DNA of 64,000 nucleotides from the NCBI RefSeq assembly GCF_009914755.1, contig NC_060925.1; one strand, given 5' to 3'. A model generated the notes under the pieces. It saw nothing but the letters and a program-made list of their open reading frames with translations. It was not told where the DNA came from and made no database searches. A program made the translations under genes and the position numbers. The stretch comes from the human T2T-CHM13v2.0 reference genome, Homo sapiens. Below, piece by piece: positions 35,791-52,693 of the stretch (its first letter is position 1; each line of letters begins with the position of its first letter).

Positions 35791-36714
35791 CTCTATATAG
35801 TTGTACTCTAGCTGTATCTGTATTCATATTTATCTTTTTCCACTTAGTTTTATATCCTAAGTATTTCCTCATGTCATCACATTCCATTTCCTATTTTAAT
35901 GGAAAAAGCTAACTGTATAAATGAGGGTCATACTAGAGATAGCAGTAATATACATTGGCTGAAGGTCATAAACACCTATCATTTAAGTGTTTCATTATGA
36001 ACTTTCCTAAAAATCATATTTAATCTAACCTTCGTGCTTTTATCCAAAAGCTCATCCCTACTCCTGTTTACCTACCCATATTTGTATTACTTGGGATTCT
36101 CAGATTCAACCTAATCACTTAAGTTTTTGTTTTTTAGGGAGGTTATTTATGATAAGACACAAGATTCACTCACAGATTTGAAGCTGAACAGTTAAGCCTT
36201 GAAAAAGTCCTCTGGCCCTTGGCCATTGGGGCTTGCTTACCATCCCCTGCCTTTGAATTTCTGCCTGTTGGCATCATCCTCTCAGACCAGCTTTGAAGAC
36301 ATAGCTGCCTTGGGCACACATCCTTGCAGCTCTCTGACTAGAGAAAAAAGGAATATCTTTCTTCCGCTTGAGTCTGAAAATGAGTGGTAAAAAGACACTG
36401 AATGACCTGGGCGGGACTTTGTGCCTATCTAGAGACCAGTCAATGTGCCCAGAAGAAAGAAGAACACTGATTAACTCAACTTGAGCATGTGCCATACCTC
36501 TGAAGTACTTCATGATTAGTAGCCCCCACATGGTTTTAAGGAGCATTTGCCAGAAAAAAAAAAATGCCTGTTCTGTACAGACAAAAGGTTGAATGCCCCT
36601 CTATAGGCCACCGCACCTGGCCTCAGGTGCTTTTTGAGTGGACTGAACTTCACGATCATTACCTCACATCCTCACATCACAGGTCAAATCCTGTCTCCTT
36701 TCTTGATGACTTCA

Positions 36715-37410
36715 TTCATTATGAGAAAAGGTTCATGGAGCGCCTACCATGTGGTAGGCATTGCTAGGTTCTGGAGACATCCATTTACTCATTCAGTCAG
36801 TCAGCAATTTTTATTCAGAGCTTTCTGTGCCAAGTACTATGCTAAGTTGCTGGGGGACACAGCAGTGAGGAAGACAGATGAGATCTCTGCCCTCTTAGAA
36901 CTTGTGTCATGTCGGCCAGGCGTGATGGCTCATGCCTGTAATCCCAACACCTTGGGAGGCTGAGGAGAGTAGATCACCTGAGGCTGGGAGCTTGAAACTA
37001 GCCTGGCCAACATGGCGAAACCCTATCTCTACTAAAAATACAAAAAATTAGCTGAATGTGGTTGCACATGCCTGTAATTCCAGCTACTCAGGAGGCCGAG
37101 GCTGGAGAACTGCTTGAACCTGGGAGACAGAGGTTGCAGGAAGCCAAGATCACACCACTGCACACCAGCCTGAGCAACAGAGCGAGACTCTGCATCAAAA
37201 AAAAAAAAAAAAAAAAAAAAAAAGCAAAATTTATGTGGGGACAACAGTTAATAAACAAGTAGATAAATGAAACAATTACAGATTGTGAGAAGAAATGAAG
37301 AGATGAAAAGCGTACCTTATTCAGAGAATGATGAGGGTGGGCATGGGGGAGGGTGTCTGCTTGGGTGGTGAAGGCCAGGCTCTCTGAAGAGCTGATACTG
37401 GAAAACTTAA
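36715..37410 (-). mobile_element. L2 (antisense), interrupted by an Alu
   Basis: cattcagtcagtcagcaatttttattcagagc...tgtgccaagtactatgctaag...ctctgccctcttagaactt. Confidence 0.65.
36914..37223 (+). mobile_element. AluS
   Basis: Full Alu with long poly-A. Confidence 0.93.
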
Positions 37411-38027
37411 CCAACCCATGTGTCCTCCTTTTGAAGCCCTCACAGGCCTTGGCATAGAGGCTGAGCACATGAAGATCTGCTAAAGTGAATGGGAAACTAG
37501 GGAAATGAAAATAAATATCTAGCTTAGTGTAAAAGTAAGGAAATATTTTTTGAAAATTGAAACCTGTTGGGTAAAGGTCATGCTCTCTTAGAGCTTTTGA
37601 AAAAAAACACATCATTTAACAGTCATTAAGAAAAAATGTGTGACCACAGGAACTGCAGAGTTCATAGGTTTCAATACATATTTCAAAACAAGCCTCAGAA
37701 ATAACAATCCAATGTGTCATTGCTATACAACTCCTTGAAAAATAAATCCACAACAAAAGGAAAAAAATAAGACTATTTTGCAGTCCAGATATCTAAGTAT
37801 TAAAGAACTTATAGGAGCCTCTGAAAATCCAGTAGGCATGTTTATGTCTTTATGATCTTCTCCCCTGGATAAATTTGTTTTTAGAAAGAACTAAAAACTT
37901 CTATTTTGAGATTGCTCTGTACACATGCATGATATTTGACCATGTAGAGTCATGAACATGCTCTGTCTATACATTCACATACATAAAGACAGGGGGATGT
38001 GGAAAGGATATGGATTTAGTCAGATAG

Positions 38028-38366
<339 letters not shown>

Positions 38367-38961
38367 TAGCTGTGTGATTTTGAACAAGTTATTTGACTTT
38401 TCCAGGCCTCATTTCTCATCTGTGAAATAGAGGTAATAATAACTTCACAGGGTTTTCTGAAGTTTTCATTAAATCAGATGTGTTGAATGCTAGGTAGATG
38501 TATTGAATGTGAAACAGAGGCAAACCCTAATGAATGGTATTTATTCATTTATTTAAGATTTACTTATTTACTAGGCCTGGACAAGACATAATCTCATTTC
38601 TATTACTCTTACAGTCTATGAAAGAGAAAATTCAGAATATTTCGTTTGCTTCTGATTCTGATCACACTAGAAACATTAAATGACAACCACTACTATTTCA
38701 TTAACATATCAGGAGTCAATTGGAACAAGTTCAGCTGTGAAATAATTTTGAAAAGGTTAAGTGTTTTTCTGTTCTTTCTGCTTTAGCTCAGAACATACAT
38801 GGGATACATTTAATTATTCATGTGTAAAGGAAAGATCCCAAATAACATTCAGTCAAACCAGTATTTTCACAGGCCAGAGGGGCCTTGGCCATCTGTGTGA
38901 GTGTTGTTGCCTCTCCTAAGTTTTCTGCTCATTCCTGCATCTGTGATCTGGTTCAAGGTGC

Positions 38962-39299
<338 letters not shown>

Positions 39300-40074
39300 T
39301 CAAGTGCTTTTTGACAGGACTGAACTTCACATCTACTCATCTCAATTTCATTCATCCTCCTACCTAGTTATTCATCCTCCTTACCTAGTTACTCATTCCA
39401 TCTGCCATCATAGCTTTGGTTTTAGGGAAAGGGGATTTCACAGTTCTTTTGTTCCATCAACAAACAATATTTACTCTTGAATGTCTCAAATTTTTCTCAC
39501 CTTTTTATAAGCAGGAATTCCCCCTTAAATTGTCTCAGCCCGTCTTTAAGTCATGCTGCCTCAAAAATGGAGTACTGGTATCTTATAGTTACTTATAGTG
39601 ACTTGGTCCATATTCCACCTAAAGTAGAAATCTTTAAAATATCCTACTTGAGATGATGGGGCAATCAATACTTGAAGACATAGCCAAGTCCTTATGGGTA
39701 GCTCTAATCTTAAGAAAGGTTTTCTTTTCGTTAAACAGTTCACACAGGCTATCTCTGGAGAGTAGAGATGGAGGAAGGTGAGAGGCAGGAAAGGAAAGGG
39801 AAAGGAGGAGAAAGATTTTCAAGTTTCATAATATACCCTTTTGTTATGAATGTATTTTTTCCCTTGTGGGTGAATTACTTAAATTTAATCAAAATCTGCA
39901 TCCCCTTAACCATCAGTACTAGAATTACACACAGTAAATCTGACGCTTCCTCCAAATAACACTTTCAAATCTTAAACTACCTTGTCCTTTTCATGTCTAT
40001 TCATCTTTAAGCTAAGGACACTATTCCTTCAAATGTTCCTCGTATGATCAAGCACATACCTTTATTAGTTACCT

Positions 40075-40590
40075 CTTGCAGCATTTATTTTTTTCTTCCC
40101 TTGACCCAATAGCCCCTGATTTCTGAGCGGGGCTCCATCTGGTTCTGGAGAAGCTGACTCTGCCCCTGCTCCAAGGGTGGAGTATATGACCTAGGCTATC
40201 GTTCCTTTTTCCTGGCCACAGAGATGGGTTCAAGGGGTGGACACTTGATCAACGCTAGTCCAATCAGAACAAATCTCAGGGGTGAACTAGAAATGATAGT
40301 TTTAAAGTGTGGGGTGAAGATGAGGATGCATGGAACCTTGGGAATTGTTGACGTTTATCTTGGACCATGAAGGGAAGAGCCTACTGAAAAATGCACCAAT
40401 ATTCAAAAAGCAGGTGGAGAGATGGAGAGAAAAATCTGAGTACTTCTTGTATGAGAAGAAAGGCCTTGTTTGAAGGCAATTCTACTTTAGAATTATGTGA
40501 TTTCAACTACAAGTCAACATACTATTTTGCTTAGCCCAGTTTGAGTCTAGTGCTTTGTTACTTGCAACTGAAAATATCCCGACTGATATG
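40075..40590 (+). mobile_element. MLT1-type (old MaLR) LTR
   Basis: ttcctggccacagagatgggttcaaggggtggacac...ccaatcaga; 3' end cccagtttgag...tgttacttgcaactgaaa. Confidence 0.65.
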
Positions 40591-41602
40591 TGTGAGATGG
40601 TTCTTCCCTAGAGTTGCCTGCCTTTGGACAGACTTCAGTTTGTCAGTGACCTACTTACCAGGTTCCCAGAACACAACCTACTATTGTAGATGAGATTGAC
40701 CATGGCAGGCCACAGAGGCTTTCTAATGAGCCTGGATCCCAATGTATTGCTATTATGTCTGAACTTGAAACTGTACTGGAATTTTGATCACCCCAATTCC
40801 AACAACTATCACCAGAAAACTACCTATTTTACGAATCATTTGGGAACACAAACCCTAAACACCCAGGAGCTTGCAGGAGAAAATAGAAAGGATATTTCAG
40901 AATATACTTTTGATATTTCAGAATATCCTTTTCTATAAAAAGTTCAAAGTCCCTTCTGTTTCTGCTTTAGCTTTCAGAAACAGAATTACCAACTCCTTGC
41001 TTAGTTTAATTTTGACATGTGTATTTAACAAATTGCAGGTTTTCAAAATAATTACTATACACAAGTACTGTTTAAAAAAAAAATTTTTTTTCTGAGCAAA
41101 GTAACCACCATGTTTTGCAACCATGTTGAGTGGTTGCCATCAACGATGAAGTAAGAGCACCGGAGGTCTTTCCTGGGGAAGAACACAGCTCATGCACCCC
41201 CAAGAGGCCTCTGGGTTGACATTTCCTTGGTGACTTTACCAAGATCCAGATTCTGGACCTCAGTTTGGGCAGGTCCATAAACTAGACTTTATAAGTGTAT
41301 TCCCAGAGGTGCAGACTCAGTGGAACACTCACATGAGATGGACATGTAAATCAGAATGCCAATGCTTTCATTTTTCAATGGAGATGACCTTTTGCAGGAG
41401 ATAGATGACCTGCATTTCATTCAGAACACCACACTTCCCTTTCCTAGGGGTAGAAAATTGGAAAGCTGGATTAGTAATAAAGACAACTGCTGGGTGAGCA
41501 TGGAATTAAGAGAAAGGGAGTGGATTGTCTTGAGGACTATTTCACCCAGGTCATGATGAGACTCTGATAAAATACATCCTCACACATGGGTGATAATATT
41601 TA

Positions 41603-42230
<628 letters not shown>

Positions 42231-44010
42231 CTTGAATGCTGTGTTTTTCTGTGCTACACACTCATCTCTGCTGCTACATCCTACATAACACATTAACTAC
42301 TTTATATGCTATTTGACACCACCTCTATAGTTAGTTCTGAGTCCTGATAATGCTATGTCTCTGAAATATTTTCATCTGTATATATACACATACATGCATA
42401 AAATGTATGTATATATATAATTTCTCAAGAAAATATATACGTGTGTGTGTGTGTGTGTGTGTGTGTATAAAATCCTTTACTGTTGCCTCTATACATACCA
42501 AAAAATATAAACAAAACCATGCTAGTATGGGCTGTTGGCTAGGAAAAGAACTTTGTTATATTGAACTGGACAGTGTGGTGATAGTTGTTAAAATAGGATT
42601 CTGCCTATATTTAATCCTTCTCCAAAAAAGGAAATATTTAGTTTCAGAGAGGTATTACAGCAAGAAACATTAGAGAAGAATGAGGAACGTGCATTGGCCT
42701 TCAATCAGAATGTAATGCTCCAGTCGAAGCCAGCTGTTCCTGCATCAGGCCTAAGGCAGCACACCCTTGGCCATGCTGTCTCTGAATCTCTGCAAAAGAG
42801 CCAGGTTAAGTCTGGATTTTATTGAACTGATCCTATCCTTCCTTCACAAGGATTGTTTTAAAACCACTATAATCTTAAGAAATATTCCCTTGTTATTTTC
42901 TTTTTTAAAGTTACATTTTAAAAAAAAGATTAAAAATGTATGATTCAAAAGCCTAAATGTATGAAAGGTAATTCAGTGAAGTCTTTTCCATGCCCAAACT
43001 CCTAACACTTGGTTTCCCTCCTGGGAGGCAATTATCAGTTCCTTCCTTACTTATCCTTCCAGAGATATTCCATTATCATTTCCTTTTATTGTCACTTTTT
43101 TCCCCCAGGAGATATGTAGTTGGGCCTTTTTAGCTTATTTTGCCATACTTTCTTTTTCTTCTTCTCCTATCCCTTCTTTCAAAAGACAAGGTTAAGCTCT
43201 CCTGCAGACTTTTCTTCTAAATGCCAATCTGCCCTTGGTTGATATTGGTTTTATCATCTTCCAAATCCAGTTTCTGTTCTAGCTAGGATTAAGCTTGTAT
43301 GCGACAGCTAGTGGTCCCAGTCACCTTCCAATGAATGATGGATGGGACCAGGAGGAGCAACGGTTCCCTAATACCATTAATTACAAGATTTTCATAAGCT
43401 CAAAATTCTAGAACTGACAGTTGCTTCCAACTGTTACCAGCTGTTAATTTGGCAGAGGTGTTGGGGATCTGAGTGCCGTTCTGCAAACAATCTGGGACAG
43501 CGGCTGGCTCACCATATATCTTCTTTCACAGGCTCTGTGATGGTCGATTCTGGATTTCTTGGGTCTAAAATAATATCCTAAGCCCATTCCAGAGTCCACA
43601 TGTCTATCACTAGCCATGTGACCTTGCAGGAGTAATTTACTCTAGGTACTTTGTTTCTTGTCTGTAAAATGAAGGAATTGGATGCAATGATCTCTCAACT
43701 TCCAGTTCTAAAAATTCCGTAAGAAAATGGGATCTGTTGTTAAATGGTGAATGTAACCACAGTCCTTTTCTCTTTCCCCAAAAGCACTTAAAGCTTGAAG
43801 GAGTGAAGAGTTTGACCATGATCTCGAAACAATAGCTGATGCGTCCCTGTGCAGTTTTAAAGCAACTGCTTAGGGGTTTCTATTCTTCTGTTTTCTCCTA
43901 GCGGGTTTAAGAACTGCTGTCCCATAGCTGGAAAAAAAAGAAAAGAAAAGAAAAAAAAATTCTGGCCCCACACACTGGCAAGTAGATTTTAAAATAATTT
44001 TTAGTTATTA

Positions 44011-44328
<318 letters not shown>

Positions 44329-44329
44329 T

Positions 44330-44663
44330 TATGTATGTATGTATGTATGTATTTATTTATTTATTTATTTTGAGATGGGGTCTCATCTCACTCTGTCACC
44401 CAGGCTGGAATGCAATCTTAGCTCACTGCAACCTCTGCCTCCCAGGTTCAAGCAATTCTCCTGCCTCAGCCTCTGGAGTAGCTGGGATTACAGAGGCATG
44501 CTCCACCACACTCAGCTAAATTTTTTTGTTTGTTTGTAGTTTTTTTAGTAAAGGAGTTTCACCATGTTGGACAGGCTGGTCTCTAACTCCAGTCCTCAAG
44601 TGATCTGCTGGTGTCGGCCTCCCAAAGTGCTGGGATTACAGGCATAAGCCACCGCACCCGGCC
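44330..44663 (-). mobile_element. AluS, tail-to-tail with the previous Alu
   Basis: Antisense Alu with (tatg)n(ttta)n tail; agcatta on both sides. Confidence 0.93.
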
Positions 44664-46799
44664 AAGCATTAATTATTTTTAAAGTATGGAAAGGCAGTGG
44701 CAAAAGAGCAACCCCCTCCTTTTTAACGTCACCTGTATAAGATCCAGTTAATCTATAATTCTCACCCAATTTGAATGTTATTTTGAGTCTTCACAGTGGC
44801 AGTTTTGCCATATGCTTGTTGAGTTAGATGCATCTCCCTACGAAAGGCCAACCTAGCTGCAGTGACTTGGCTTTTTGGGTGGCAGTACACTGGGTGCCGC
44901 ATTTCCATGTAGGCACATTGGCTTGGTAAATTCTGAAACTCAGTTTTGTCGGGACACTCAGAAGTGTCACTTTTTCAGGACCCAACTGCACAAACCAAAC
45001 TCCCAAACTCCTGATAGACTGATACTCAATCCAGACTGACATCTTATCTATTTGCAATGGGAGATGTACTTTCTTCACAACCAGGATGCTCGGGCCTGCT
45101 GTCTAGGCACCACCTTTCCTATATCAAGGTACCTGGGGAAATTTTTTTTATTCAGAAGATTTGAGGAGCATGGAATTAGTAAAAGACATCACATCCAGGC
45201 CCTGTTAGATAGGATAAGATGAACAATTTCTACTTTACGAAAAGTTCTAGGCTGCAGGTGCTTCACATTTGATTCATTTACTCATTCAGTGAACATTTAC
45301 AAGCCCACTAGCAGATTTACTGGGCCATTAAAGCTTAAGTTTCATGGCCCTCACTTACAAGGGCCCTTTCAAGGCTGTTGGAGTGGCCTTGGTAATATGT
45401 TGATACATTCATACTTTTTGTAAGATTTTCAAAAGTAAGATATTTTACATGCAGTTGGTTAAGACTACTATCTCTTTGTGCGCTGACTTCCTCGGTCACA
45501 CTTCCTCTTGAGTAGGGTGGCACTGGAGTATCTCACAGGCATTTTGGGGATCTGGCAAATGAGAAGTTGAGTTGGAGCTACAGTATGCTGGGGTTTAGAG
45601 GGCTGACTTCGCCATGTCAGAATGCCTTTGGGGAGTGCTTCTACTGCCACTGAGACAGCTTACCCAGTATTGAGACCCAAGGGTCTCAGTGGTCAAAAAG
45701 CCAGATTGCAACATGAACATGTCCTGTAGTATTGAAGGTAAGTGGAACAAAAGAGAAAGAAGGTTTGAAATGTAGAGTCAGAAGCTAATCTGTGGGAAAC
45801 CCTTCTAGCCTTCACATATGTAATGTTGTAAGTAGAAATTTCAGTAATCTTGAATGCCTATTCAAACTGCGAGTTTTCTCCCATCGGGAAGAAATTATGC
45901 AATACATACAATTATCCAATACATACAATTATAAACATGTCACAATTTTTTTTTCTTGATGAGAATGAGGAAGAGTAGAACTTATTAGAACCTTTGTATT
46001 TGTATTGTAGTATTACAAACTATGAATATATTTGTGTGAAAAGTTAAGTATTTTGTATACCCCAATCATCAATAATTTAATTTTTTTTTTTGGATCAGCC
46101 AAGCTAGAAAACTGAATTAGCTTTCAATTCTGTCTCTATAAATTGAGAATGGCAATGAGGTCATGGACCCAGCCTATGGTCCCTTAAAAGCCAGCAGCAT
46201 TCTCCTTCCACACACCCAGTGCTCAGGTTCAGGAATCTTCGCTGAGACTGGGCCCCTGGTGCTGAGATCCTAGCCCTTAGATACAACATGCAGCCAGCCT
46301 CTGCTGATGCTTCCCGGAAACTGCTGCTGAGCAGTGTGAGATTCCCTGTGGCTCCCCCTTTCTCCATCCAGGGGAATTTCTGGAGAGAATTACCATTTCT
46401 CTCCAAAAGTTAAAAAAAAAGAAAGAAAGAAAGAAAGAAAAGTATTTGCCCTCTTCTCTTTCCTCCAGGACACTCTTCATAATTCTCTTCAAGGGCCTTG
46501 GGATTTTTACAAAACCCAAGAGGAGGCTTTGACTCTATTGCTGGTAAATTTTGCCTGGGAAAAATCCCCAGTCCCAGGAAAGCAATGGAAGATGTACTTT
46601 CTCCCATTGAGAGAAACTGGGAACCCACTCAAAATAGGGAGAAGTGAAAAATATTGAAAATGCAAATTAATATGAATGGAATGAGGTAGAGGGTATAAGG
46701 GAGTAGAATATAAAATGGTGTGTGCGTGGTGATATTTGACAGACACTGCCAAATTCTTGCTCTCTGCATTTCTTTGATTTGTTTGGTTTATTTTTTTAA

Positions 46800-47990
<1,191 letters not shown>

Positions 47991-48242
47991 TCCTTTTAGG
48001 GAGGCTAAGCAAATCAGATCATTCTCTTTCCAAGACCTTCTTTTTGCAAAGTCCACCACAACTGGTTAGTTTAGGCTTTGTCAGTTGCAAACAAACATGG
48101 AGGTTTCTTTAATCAGGATGACCTGATGCAACTGAGGATGACCTGAGGTCATCCTGATTAAACGTGAGAGTATTTTTGGACACTTGACTAAATCTTTAAT
48201 AAATATTGAGTGGATTGAAGAGAATACTAACTATGTAAAAGG

Positions 48243-48293
<51 letters not shown>

Positions 48294-48699
48294 GATAGAT
48301 AGATAGTTGATAGATAGATGATAGATAGATAGATAGATTGATAGATAGATAGATAGATAGATAGATGATAGATAGATAGATAGATGATAGATAGATGATA
48401 GATAGATAGATAGATGATAGATAGATAGATAGATGATAGATAGATAGATAGATGATAGATGATAGATAGATAGATAGATGATAGATAGATAGATAGATGA
48501 TAGATAGACAGATGATAGATAGATAGATAGATGATAGATAGATAGATGATAGATAGATAGATAGATGATAGATAGATAGATAGATAGATAGATGATAGAT
48601 AGATAGATGATAGATAGATAGATAGATAGATGATAGATAGATAGATAGATAGATGATAGATAGATGATAGATAGATAGATAGATAGATGATAGATAGAT

Positions 48700-48730
<31 letters not shown>

Positions 48731-49089
48731 GATAGATAGATAGATAGATGATAGATAGATAGATGATAGATAGATAGATGATAGATAGATAGATAGATGA
48801 TAGATAGATAGATGATAGATGATAGATAGATAGATAGATGATAGATAGATAGATAGGTAGATAGATAGATAGATAGATGATAGATAGATAGATAGATGAT
48901 AGATAGATAGATGATAGATAGATAGATGATAGATAGATAGATAGATAGATGATAGATAGATAGATGATAGATAGATAGATAGGTAGATAGATAGATGATA
49001 GATAGATGATAGATAGATAGATAGATAGATGATAGATAGATGATAGATAGATGATAGATAGATAGATAGATGATAGATAGATGATAGAT

Positions 49090-49120
<31 letters not shown>

Positions 49121-49165
49121 TAGATAGATAGAGTAGATAGATAAGATAGATAGATTGGTAGATTG
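48243..49165 (+). repeat. Very long (GATA)n array punctuated by GAT units, about 920 bp
   Basis: Directly visible; rare GACA, GGTA and GATT variants. Confidence 0.99.
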
Positions 49166-49460
49166 GGCTGGGCGCAGTGGCTCACGGCTGTAATATTAAC
49201 ACTTTGGAAGGCAAGGCAGACGGATCACCTAAGGTCAGGAATTCAAGACAAGCCTGGCCAACATGGTGAAACCCTGTCTTCACTAAAAATACAAAAATTA
49301 GCCGGGCATGGTGACGCATGCCTGTAATCCCGGCTACTTGGGAGGCTGAGGCAGGAGAATCGCTTGAATCCAGGAGGCGGAGGTTGCAGTGAGCTGAGAT
49401 TGTGAGCCACTGCACTCCAGCCTGGGCGACAGAGCCAGACTCCATCTCAAAAAACAAAAA
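49166..49460 (+). mobile_element. AluS at the end of the GATA array
   Basis: Full Alu; residual tgatagatagattg follows the tail. Confidence 0.93.
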
Positions 49461-50446
49461 TGATAGATAGATTGACAGATAAGATAGAGTTATCCTTCAC
49501 CTAACCTTCAACCTTCAAGTTTAAAAAATCAAATTTAACCTGTGAACCCCTTCCTATACTTCCTCTTCCTTTCTCCCACAGAGACAAGGACTGTCCTAAA
49601 TTTTGTAAATAACATTCCTTTACTTTCCTTTATAGTTTTTATCCCTAAACACTACATTGTTTACTTTTGCATGTATTTGAACTTTCTACAAATGAGATCA
49701 TGCAGTGGGTATTCATCTGTGACTTGCTCTTTTACCAAAATTATATTCCTCAGATTCATGCATATATTTGTAATTCATTGATTTTCACCACTGTATGGTA
49801 TTTTGTTGTATGAAATATACCACTGTTGATTTATCCATTTTACTATTGATAAATACTTAGGTTGTTTCTTGGTTTTGGCTTTTGCAAATCATACCACTCT
49901 GATCTTTCTTGTGTGTGTCTCCTAGTACACATGTGTAAGTTTCTCTAAGGCATTAATATTTATCTAGCAGTGGAATTGCTAGGTTATAAGATACATGCCT
50001 CTTCAACCTTATTAGATAACACTAATAGTTTTCTAAAATTATTGTCCCAATTTGCATGCTTATTGGTTGTTTATGAGAGTTTCTTTCTGTTGCTCAATAT
50101 ACTTGTCAACACTTGGTATTATTATGTTTTTAGTTTTAGTCAAACTGGTTTCATAGCAGTGTCACATTGTAATCTTAACTTTCATCTTCCTGATTACTAA
50201 TAAAGTTAAGCATCTTTTCATGTTTTTACTGAGCATTCAGGTTCCTTCTGTGAAGTTCCTATTCTAATGTTTTTCCCTTTTTTATATCAAGCTTTGTAAG
50301 AGTTGTTTACATTCTGATTATAAATTATTTGCTGTTATGTTTTACAGATTTGTTCTCCAAGTTTGTGGCTCGTCTTTAATGACCAGGGTTTCAAATATAT
50401 ATATAATTAAAAATATTAATTTTTTCTTTTGAGTTTGTGATTTTAA

Positions 50447-50802
<356 letters not shown>

Positions 50803-51508
50803 TATCCTATATTATTTTCTATAAGTTGTATAGTTTTGCCTTTTACTTTTAAGTATATAATCCACCTGGAATTGATTAGGGGGGTGGGGTACAGTATGAG
50901 GTAGAGGTCCAAATTAATTATTCCCTTATGGGTAAACAATTGTCCCAGTACCACTTATTGATTTCCCATGACCTGCACTGACAGTGCTGACATAATTCAG
51001 TTTTTCACATCTATGTGGATCTGTTTATAGGTTCTTTATTCTATTTTATTGGCCAATTTTTCTATTCCCAAACTAACACCACACTCCTAATTACTTCGGC
51101 TTCATAATAAGTCTTGCTATCTTATAAGGCAGTTACCCTGCCCTACCTCCAACTATGTTTTTCTTCAGACTATTCTTGGCCACTTGTTCCTGTATATATA
51201 TTTTTAAATTAGCTTATTAAATTCCAAAACAAAAAAAAAAAAACCCTGTGTTGTCATTTTGATTGAAATTACATTGAATTTTTAGAATAATTTGGGTAGA
51301 ACTTACGTGCTTATGAAATTGGGACTTCTAAAACATAAAATAGTATGTCTTTCCATTTTTATAGGCCATCTTTAATTATTTCAATAAACTTAAAGACAAT
51401 TTTTGATATATATTACACACTTCTCTTGTTACATTTATTTGTAAGCTTTTTTTTTTGGCTTAAACAATAGACATTTATTCCTCACAGTTCTGCAGGCTAG
51501 GAGTCTGA

Positions 51509-51846
<338 letters not shown>

Positions 51847-52382
51847 TAGGGCTTCTAAGTAGAATTGAAGCCACAGAACTCTCAAAGCCTAGACTCAGAA
51901 ATCACACAGGTAACTTCCATTGTATTCTGTTGGTCAAAGCAAATCACTAGGAAAGCTCACTTTCAAGGGGAACAGAAATAGAGTGAACCTCTTGATGTGA
52001 GGAGAAATAAAATACTTCACATGTTTCTCTAAACGATAACATAGCCTGTCTTTTCTTGACTTGCTGAAATTATGATCATGGATGAACATTGAATTTTATC
52101 CAAATCTTTTTCTTTATTTTTAGAATAATCATGAGATTATTCTCATTTTTTCTGTTGATGTGGTGAATTATATTAATCAATTTTCTAATGTTAAGGTATC
52201 TTATATTTCAGGGATAAATTCAACCTGCTGGAGTCAGTTATGAATAATTTGTTTAGTATTATATTTTTGCCACTGTGTTCATAATTGAGACTGAGCTTTT
52301 TGTTTCTTGTTCTGTCCTTACTAGTTTTGATTCCAAGGTTATGTTAGCCAAACATCATAAATTATTCTCTCCTTTGCTGTAA

Positions 52383-52693
<311 letters not shown>

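Noticed and set aside
45305-46145. Possible hAT-Tip100-type DNA transposon relic; similar Charlie-like relics at about 54348-54880 and 56330-56950
   Set aside because: Resemblance too weak to assign family or boundaries by eye; needs RepeatMasker/Dfam
48243-49165. Possible CRISPR-like or coding repeat array
   Set aside because: Simple tetranucleotide repeat with no unique spacers, in eukaryotic DNA
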